Origin: Takakia lepidozioides
Taxonomy: Eukaryota; Plantae; Bryophyta
Reading direction: 5' to 3'
Length of the DNA stretch: 64,000 bases
Assembly: GCA_030704615.1 (NCBI GenBank)
Contig: CM060732.1
Coordinates: forward strand, 46,872,001-46,936,000
Part shown: one piece after another, positions 52,301 through 64,000 of the stretch
How positions within the stretch are numbered: position 1 is the first letter of the stretch
Layout: each line of letters opens with the position of its first letter
Made by a program: the position numbers and the translations under genes
The notes under the pieces: generated by a model
What the model was told of the DNA's origin: nothing
Databases searched by the model: none
Seen by the model: the letters and a program-made list of their open reading frames with translations, nothing else

Positions 52301-53751
52301 GTCCAGATCTCATTATCAGCACTTGTTTTGAATCTGCACTTTGTACCATTGCCATAAATGCTCCACTTAGGTTCCATGGATGCCACTCGCGCCACAATGT
52401 AAATAGCTTGAAAGAAACACTGACCCAGGGGAAAGAGGCTCTCGACAGCTCCAACAGACGTCTTTTCTCTCTCCTCTCTCTCTCTCTCTCTCATTGAGAG
52501 ACAAATGCAAAGAGATGAACACATTTGGCGAATACAAACAACCATGTGACATCACTCTCCAAACAATGGACATTAAATTGACAGGGAAATTCTGACACCC
52601 ACATTGATTTCACGCTCATCCAAATCCTTGTCCAAAGACTCAGTGTCTAGGTCATCTGTCATCTGCACATTTCCTTCTGCATCGACGTCGCCATCTCCCA
52701 GCATTACCAAACACTCTTCCCACTCTTTTACAGCCTCCTGCAAGAACAATACAGTTAATGGAAACTGTGGTCAAACAAGCATCACCCAAAGCTTAAGGTA
52801 CCCGATAGCCAAAGTAACTGGGGAGACAAGGGCTGATCATCATGGAGTTGGAGTTAAATGAAACCAGAAACATTTTCAGCAGAAATTCCTACCAAACATT
52901 TAGCAGCCAAATAGCGGAAACGCAAGTCGGCAGGCACCAATTGATGTCGTCGCAGCAGATGCAGTGCTCTTCGATACTGTTTCCCCAAATACAGTGCTTG
53001 TGCCTAAAGTCACAGAAAATTATATATTAGTTGGAGTTCTACATACACCTAAGCAGTGTTCAAAGCCACCCTCTCGATCATGGAATCACTCCGGACTGGC
53101 TTACAATATACTTCTGTTCAAGCAGGTATCCATTAGCCCTCTTTGATCCTAGTTTAAGGGACACAGAGGAGGAAAATATAGTGGAGGGGAAGGGAAGGGG
53201 TGTCGGGCATAAAAGCCAGGTGTAGACAGGAGATACCATGGTACAAAAGATTCAGTCTCTAGTGTTTGAGAGGTTCTGAGCACCAACAATGGTACCTGAA
53301 AGTGTAGTTAATGAATAAGGCAATCGCCTTAGAAAGATGATTCACACATGAGACATACTCGGGTCTCACTGATAAACCCTGAAGAACGGTCCTTAGAACC
53401 TTGGGGACTCAATTTCCCGTGCCAATTATTGGCCTGCGTGATAGATACTCTGCTTCCTGTACTAAGTTGCTGGATAAATCACAGTATAGATGGATCAGAA
53501 TGGTCATTTCCTTTTAGATTATGTAGTAGCTGCTACAGACGGTCACAAAGAGTATAAAGATGAAGAATGAAGTTCAGAGTACAGAATTTGCACAGGGTTT
53601 TGGTGGTACTCGCCTGCATGTACAAGTCTTGAGTAGCATTGCCAGCCAAAGTGGCGAGCTTGTCTGCGAAGAAGATGGCGGAAGAGTACAAATGCTTGCC
53701 TAGGCAATCCCTGACTACCGCCCTCAGCTTCTCTATCTCTGCCTCCCTCAT
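40369..53751 (-). CDS. APC6: Anaphase-promoting complex subunit 6 (CDC16), ~17 exons
   Basis: MREAEIEKLRAVVRDCLGKHLYSSAIFFADK, AISWFAVGCYY, FAPAWLGFGNAYAAQDESDQAMAAYRTAARLF, WEPTVVNLAH, last exon ALGLKSDDTFTTEML...*. Confidence 0.95.
40553..41430 (+). mobile_element. 5'-truncated LINE (copy 2) in the last APC6 intron
   Basis: Same family as copies 1 and 3. Imperfect ~15-bp TSD: TCTTTCACCAAAGCT (40541) and TCTTTCCACAAAGCT (41428). Confidence 0.92.
42447..46050 (-). mobile_element. LINE (copy 3; APE endonuclease + RT + C-terminal zinc finger, RTE/RTEX-like) in an APC6 intron
   Basis: APE motifs YMPT, LGDFNARVG, IVDYII, SDH; RT motifs PGNYRGITLL, QGCTLSPLLF, FADD; a frameshift at ~45580 and a stop at 43218. 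Confidence 0.95.
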
Positions 53752-53919
53752 CTCCGTCTCGCCTCTTTCCTCTCTCTTCTCAATTTCCTCCTCAAATTGA
53801 CGAGCTCTGCTCGGACGCGACAGGACACCACTGCTACGAAAGTTCCTCCCCGATCGCGCTATCTATGTACACTGTACACTACAATGAATCTAGGAGAGGG
53901 GCGTGGGGAAAGAGTCCCT

Positions 53920-53987
53920 CAAAACCCTAGGTTATGCGTTCTAAGAACATCGTCTCAATTTTTTGAAAAGGGTTTAGGCTTTAGGGT
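53920..53987. promoter_or_regulatory. Telo-box-like motifs upstream of APC6
   Basis: AAACCCTAG (~53922) and TTAGGGT (~53981) within ~250 bp of the ATG. Confidence 0.4.
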
Positions 53988-54302
53988 ATGTAGAATTCTT
54001 GAGGCAAGAGCATTCCACGCATATGGGAGTTCAATGGCTCCACTCTAAGATGGAGGCGTTTGCCGAGAATTCCTAGGAAACTATACAATTGCTTTGCATC
54101 TCGTAGTAAGCAGGCTGTCGATCTTTGGGCGGCCGGAAGGGTGTGATGATCGCGAAAGAATGAGATTGGCTACCTAGTATTTGACGGTCTACAAAACTCG
54201 TGGAGGCTTGTTCACCCAGAGCCATACAAAATGCTGGGGTTGTCTGGAAAGTTTTGTAGGGAAATGAGTGTATAGTTTTGAGTGATAATCGGTAGAGCTA
54301 AG

Positions 54303-54403
54303 TTTCCATGGATTGTGACACAGAGCTTTATCATCTTGCATAAACCTCTCTTTGTTTCCATGGATTGTGACACGGAGCTTTATCATCTTGCATAAACCTC
54401 TCT
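54303..54403. repeat. ~52-bp tandem duplication, with a third degenerate unit at ~54470
   Basis: TTTCCATGGATTGTGACAC.GAGCTTTATCATCTTGCATAAACCTCTCT occurs twice. Confidence 0.85.
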
Positions 54404-56129
54404 TGCAGAAAGTCTTGAACAGGAACATCGCATATTGTATAGTTCTGAGTTCCGATGGTCCATATAATTGTCCATGGTTTACACACTGAGCTTTATCAGT
54501 CTTGTGAAACCTCTTTTGAGGAAAGTTTTGTACAGGACTAGGCGTTTTGTAAAATGTGCTCCGCATACTTTTATAAAGAGACCCAAGTGGGGTGACTGTA
54601 CAAATGGGTTTTGAAACGGAGTCGTGGGGCCTTATGTTTTGGCCCTCCCTACATTCGTCACTCCGACTGAGCACTAGAGTTGTATGGTGGTGCCAAGTAG
54701 GAGACCAAGGACTCAGAAAATGCAACCCACAACCTCAAAAGTGGAGATGTTCATAGTCTTCTCTGGCTATTTGTGATCAAGCTTTGGCCAACGCCAGCTC
54801 GCCTTGCGGCTACTTTGTGGATCAACAATTCTCAACATTTCTATGAATCTTCTCCCTCTTTCACCCCACTGAGTCATCAAAGGGCTTGTCTGATCCCCTC
54901 ACTTCTCAACTCAACTTTCCACAATATAACATATCATGTGAGAAGCTGATTCAATTGTGTGTGAGGTTCAGCGTATAATTAGATAATTATCTCGGAGCCT
55001 TGGAAGCTGGCAATATGTAGCAATCCTCAACATTACACTAGTGTAGGTATAGTAGCATCCAACAAGATGGCCCAATTGTTAGTGCATGACATTGTATCAA
55101 TTGGTCGCAAGATCGTCTTGAAGTGACTGTGGGTTCAAAGCCATATATGTGTGTGTTGGATGTCACCGACTATGGCTAATCCAACTTTCTCAACTGGCCA
55201 CCTAGTGTGTGAATACTAGGTCTTTTTGACTGGTGACACAAATTTGGGCAATCACAGTTTGCCTCAATTACAACCATTAGAAGGTGTACACTGTCCATCT
55301 TCCAAACAGAAGAAGTCGATAGCCCTTAATGAAGTGACACCACGATTTTTTGCTTGCGTCAACAGGAACTTATCAACTTTAATTTAAGGAGGTACTCAAA
55401 TGACCAAACTCAAGCATCCAACAGAAAGCCCAATGCTTAGGGCACAAGCGCGCCTTACAAATGATCCTGGGTTCATCAAAGCCACACTCGCATATGTTGG
55501 ATGTCACCCATTGTGGTCAACCCAACTACAAAAGGGGAATAACTGGGTCAACCAATTACTTATTGGGAAGGGTTGGGCATCTAGCAATTGCCCCGGATAT
55601 GGCCGTTAGAAGGTGTCCACCTTCCAAACTGAAGGCAGTGGCCCTTGGGGGTGAAGTGACACCATAAGTTTTGCTTGCTTTGGCAAGAGTCTTCCTCCCT
55701 TACCCAACATCACTTGCAAATCTCTCATCAAAATGTGGAAATAAGTCGCATTTCTTGATTTTACAAACAATTGTTTCAAACCAGTTTAAGGTTGAGCTGC
55801 CCCCATCAATGACCATGTCCACCATCAACCCTTGAAGGTAGGATCCTATGAAGTCAATCAGACTATAATTAAAACTATAGTGTGATTGTCAAAATCTCAC
55901 AGTTCTTCATCCGCCGACGCATGCTTGTGAGCTCCTGTCATGACAGGTCAACAAACCAGTCAAGTTAGCTCATATCAGGAGGTCTTCTACTAGTTCAATT
56001 GTTGCATCCCTTGCCATGTATTGTATGTATCATAATTCCAGTTTTCACTCTCAGGTTCTCACAATACTCTTGGAAACTATCATCTGGTAATTCAGGGCCT
56101 GCTCTGGTAAGCTGAAGCAAGTTATGATC

Positions 56130-59100
56130 ATCTAAAGCCATGGAAACTGAGCCTCAATATAGACAGTAGCTGAAACGAGTATGGACAGACGAGCTGTGTA
56201 CTTTGAAGAAGGTTGAATGGCCAATGACTGTGATAACATTCTCTGGTCTAGCTTGCAGAAATCGCCTGAATTTGCCCACTCGCTTCCGCAGATCTTCTGC
56301 ATGCCAGGTGCCATTAGTAAGCCTATGTCTCTTCCCTTTCTCTCCAAGTCACGACCAAAGAAATAATGACTGCTTAGGTACCAAAAAGGCTGAGAAGACA
56401 TGTCCCTTTAGTAACCAGTGGAAGAGACGAAAAGAGAGACAAGAAGCATCTACCCATGGGTTCTGTACTTTGAAAGACTGCTTTCAATGCATCATTGGGC
56501 GCCTTTGGTGCAGAGAACCACCAGATCTCTGGCAGCATATCAAACGACAGCCATGGGAACTCTGCTGCTAGCAGCTGCAAAATTTGCAATTAGCCCACCC
56601 TAGTATCACATTGAATATGTCAAGGGCTTCATCTTCGAAAGAGATGTACAAGTGATGGCTAAAGAAATGAATCTTTTGTACAGTAAATGGAGAAACACAT
56701 CTAGTGGCAGTCAAGCAGTTGCATGCAACTGGAGACTAGAACAGTCTGCGATGAATATGTAGTACCTTGCAGGGTCGGCCAACGTCTCCACTGCAAGAAA
56801 CGTGTTCTGTGTGAAGGGCAGTTACCTCTACACGTTCTTTTCCCATCTGCAACATGCATTTCAAGCATCAGTATTTCTCTGCATATATCACTTCAATAAA
56901 ACAGGTCTTACTCCTCGTGGTCATTGCCACTGATTGTGATAGATACTGAGAACATCTTGGATTTTGCTTCATGTAATACTCACGGTAGTCTGCTAGTACT
57001 GTGAGTGTACATGAGCATGCCCAGGACCATGAGTCTGTCAGCTGATATGCCCTCAAGATGGATTATTGACCAGCACACAGATGCTACTCCTCACCCTTGC
57101 CTGCATACATTGGCTGTAAGGGCATGGTCCCTCCAGGACAGGAACCCTCAAAGAGTAGACCATCAGATTGCAGCCGACAAAGCTTTACGACGCTAAGCAG
57201 GAAATCCTTTGACACTATAGAACAATAGAGCAACTTTCGCACAAAGACAAAAAAGAATTAATAAAACAGAGAACCATTCAAATGTGGCCCAAAGTCTGAA
57301 GGTGTGTCCTGCAGGTAGGATGCAAGGCACCTCAGGTCTTCATGGCTAAAAGCCTTGGCCAATGTGGGGCAATCTTAAAGACACAAATATCTGCTCTGAA
57401 GCTCATAGGAGGCAGTATGGGAAAGAGAGAGAGACATGAAACAAACCTGAGCAGATGGAAATGCATTCTGAAGTGTTTGCAATGCCCGCGTTAGCGGTGA
57501 GGTCAAAATCTAGATCATCACATGGTCATTTTCAGACACAAAGCCAGCTTGCAATATATATTAGGATGAACCATTTTGAGTGTGAATGCCCAAATGCACT
57601 TCCCACACACATTCCAGGCAATACAAACCTACAACTAGACTGCTAAACAAAGACAAGGAGAGGAAATCTTCAATTGTGACATTTCAAATGAGTCGGAAGG
57701 TGTTCTCAAAGGGTAAAGAGACAGGTACACGGGCTACTTACACAGCTCTTCTGTGAAAATTACGGCTTTTAGACTTGACTTTTATTGCCTAGACCTGACT
57801 GGTATCTGTTTCTCCACTCACCAGCTCAGCCCTAAGGGAACTCATCTTTGTCGCCAAAGCAGATGCCTGCAATTCAAAGAAAATGTCAAACCGAGCTCCT
57901 TCTCTCAACAGACGTGTTTGAAACTCTAAGTGGGGAGACGGCTCATGTTGAACACACACAGTTCTGATATTGCAAGGTGCCTTCAGTCTCATTGTAATGT
58001 TTGCATGTTACATGTTTGCAAAATGGCACACATCCAAGCTGCCCAACTAACTTGGCTCCAAGCATCTGTGCTTTTGTTGGTGCTGGGTGGGCGCACTGCG
58101 GCCTGGGTGATAAGACAGCACTCTGCAAATGGCATTCAGACAATGTTTACAAGCCAGAACCTCAATAAACCCTACTTATCAGATAAAACCCCACTAAGTA
58201 GGGTTAGATATGCTACCTGCTGGACACCAACAGAGGTCAGACGTAGGTCGAATCTCTCCACAGTGCCTGATACCCGTTCCATCACACTTCCCCACAAGGA
58301 AGTTTGACCATGCCGTATCAGATGCACTGTCTGCATGCATGGTTGTAAAACTCTGTCAAGAGAGAGGTGAATTCATGGACCCGTTCCCTGTGAATATTGG
58401 CTGTAACATACCCAGGCCCTGTATAGTGCTAATACTATGGGATCTCATTTCCTCCGCCAAAGTGCACAGCCAACAGAAATGCAGTTGCAGAGTTGACGAA
58501 TGTTGTTTTGAGTTATGGCTCACATCATGCACAACAAGAGAAGGAAGAGACTGACCTTGTTAGGGTAGTAGAAGAGGGAAAAGAGCTTCAACTCTGCATG
58601 GGTTTCCTTCTTTGCCTGCATTCAAGCCGGTCTAACAGGGACTCATCAAACGTCACCCCCTGATCTCCATAGCTAAGCAGAATTCTCTCTACAATTCGCC
58701 AAGAAGAAATTGCATCATGCGGCCATGCAAAATTCGAAGTTTCTTCAAGTCATTGCTGTTTTGCAAATACAGGAATGCAGCCCTGCTTTACCAGATTGAG
58801 CTCCCTCAAAATGGTATAAGCACTAGCTACCTTCAACCAAATTCAACCTAATAGCTCCTGCTATAATTCAGCTCCCAATTTGCTTCCCAGTGTTTCAGCC
58901 AACTGATGGGGTATTCCATGGTGGTCAGGGCAGCCTGTGATTAAGTATGACAGGTGTAAACCAAGACAGTCTTCCAAGAATTGCAGAAGCACTTCACGTA
59001 TGTCCCTGAATGCCACTGGAGACTCCAGCTACACCAATGACACAGAGCGCAACCGCCAGTGCACAAAAGCAGAAACCATTGGGTTAAAAAGTTGTCTGCA

Positions 59101-60034
59101 AATTTTAATATTTCCAGAGTTTACCTTTTCTGCACTGCAGCAAGTGGTGGTGCCACCTGCATTGCTCAGTGTCACGTTTTTTTCAAACATCTCCTTTGGT
59201 GCTCTGATGCTTGAGGTAGCTGGCTCTTCCTGCATGTTGCCTGGTTCGGTGAAAGTCCTTTCAGTTGACGCAATATCATTGGTTGATGCTTCTTGCAGCA
59301 GGTCCACCTTGTTTCTGAGTGAAACACATCAGATCGATGCGAAAAAAATGTAGAAGTATTCAAACTTTTAGTCATAATACAAAACTTCCTGGATGATTTT
59401 TCATGTCATATGCTCGTGGGGCTCAATTGAGTTGGACGATTTTATGGAAAGGGGCTCCAGGATGTTGTGCTAGATCACATATCTCACAGCTGAAGAGGGT
59501 GGCTAAAATTCGAATAACCATAGTGAGAAGACTACCAACAGTGGTGATTTAAAAAGGACATGAGAGAAGTTGTGAGGGAAATTGTAGTGGTAAGTGTAAT
59601 TCTTTGCCATGCTGTAGAATACTCTCTTGGTAGGGTGAGAATTCCATACAAATCTGCGACAGCACTCTCACAGCCAAGTCCTTCCCATTTGCAGAATTGA
59701 GATTCAGTCAAGTCCTCTGGACCACGACATACATTTTATCTCACATGGAGATAGGATCAGCCGACACAATAAACCTAACCTGCATAAGTAAAGTTGCTGC
59801 TGTTGATGGAGGACTTCACTACCACCTGATGCAAAGCTCAAGCCGGTACCTGTAATGTGCTTTCGATGTCTCTGACTTCGGGAAGTCCAATGACGATGGA
59901 GTTGTCGGTGGAAGAAGACAGACATCCAAATGAGAGTTTAGCGACTCTGAGGCCAGACGAGCCCCACAACATGGGCACGATACAATGGGCTTTCGTCTCT
60001 CCTCTGATGGTGGCCCTGTAGCTCGTCTCTTCAT
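56130..60034 (-). pseudogene. Degenerate multi-exon gene: N-terminal UBZ-type zinc finger and C-terminal histidine-phosphatase (PGM-like) segments
   Basis: CPCCGARLASESLNSHLDVC; HTEHVSCSGDVGRP, EFPWLSFDMLPEIWW, EDLRKRVGKFRRFLQARPENVITVIGHSTFFK. In-frame stops and frameshifts lie between these segments. Confidence 0.35.
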
Positions 60035-60629
60035 GGCTGCTAATGAGAGAGCGCAATTGGTGTGGCACTGATCATCTGTTCGGATTCCGGCAAAATCATG
60101 CTGCTAGAAATTTGTGTAATCCTTCATCAGAGCTCAGCACCAGAACACGTCCCAATTCCCAGAGGAAAAATTGCACCCAAACTTCAAAAATCTTGGTGGT
60201 ACATTATTCTCGAAGGGATTTTTAGGGCTCGGGATGATTTTTTTGGCCTGTCCAAGTGTACCTTCTTTCACTTTAACGGCGGGAATAGGTCAGCTTCCCA
60301 AGTGGGTTTGAACCTTGAACAACGATCGTAGTTCCCTACCCACTTGTATGCGTGGGAAGCAGATCTGCTTCTTGATTTTCCTTGCTGTATATGCGATACT
60401 GTGGATTTGGAGAAGGAATGACAGCATTTGAAATTTAGAGTGGGGGCATGCAGGGTGCATGTATTCTCGCATATTTCCTGTGCATTGTAAGTGTCGAGGC
60501 AGTGTTTGGTTGGAGGTTGTCTTGCTGTGGTGGATGCCTCGTGAATAATTAAGGCGGGAAGGGGAAAGAGAGTGGTTGTAGGAATTTTTTGTGTGGGTGA
60601 TTGTTGTGGGAAGTGGAAGGGGAGGAGAC

Positions 60630-63745
<3,116 letters not shown>

Positions 63746-64000
63746 TGATTGCATGATTGACAAGCATGAAGTGTCTTCATCTTTGATGGATGTTAGGGTG
63801 AGGAAACACTGGTGCTTGTATATGCTCATTGTTATTGAAGAAGGAAGGGAAGGGACATTTGCATGATGTTGTGTGGAACCTGCATAAGCAAAACTGTTAG
63901 GTGTAAACCTGTACACACTCACTCACATAACTAAACTCAGTGTGCTTCAGGTTTGATGAGAAACCTGGCAAAGCTTCTATTTTGGGGAAGAGAAGATGGA

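Noticed and set aside
59819-60034. FAN1 nuclease, suggested by the UBZ finger
   Set aside because: No HIRAN or VRR-NUC motifs were found downstream.

Overview
Eukaryotic, intron-rich genomic DNA from a land plant, probably a non-seed plant (inferred from the PLS-type PPR style and gene content). The left half is TE-dominated. It holds the 3' end of a gypsy-like element (1-2758), a Helitron-like tandem array interrupted by a foldback element (4.8-9.5 kb), an orphan SSB-like ORF, and scrambled PPR pseudogene pieces. It also holds a 12.2-kb Ty3/gypsy retrotransposon (15699-27931, 4-bp TSD) nested in a LINE. The right half has host genes: VAP4-like (+), APC6/CDC16 (-, with two intronic LINEs), a degenerate UBZ/PGM-like gene (-) and gamma-tubulin (+). 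The standout is the gypsy element, which has five unusual features. (1) Its pol carries a Dnmt3/DRM-like C5 cytosine methyltransferase domain between protease and RT. (2) It has a PHD finger after the integrase. (3) It has a Tf1-like self-priming site instead of a tRNA PBS. (4) Its 5' leader carries an antisense cassette of four concatenated, intronless host-gene fragments (ObgC, PsaG, RPL18a, OEP16). (5) It is integrated in a circularly permuted B-internal-A-B-A terminal architecture whose ends map to a palindromic GACA-GC-TGTC site inside the LTR. All protein family calls are by motif recognition, not database search.
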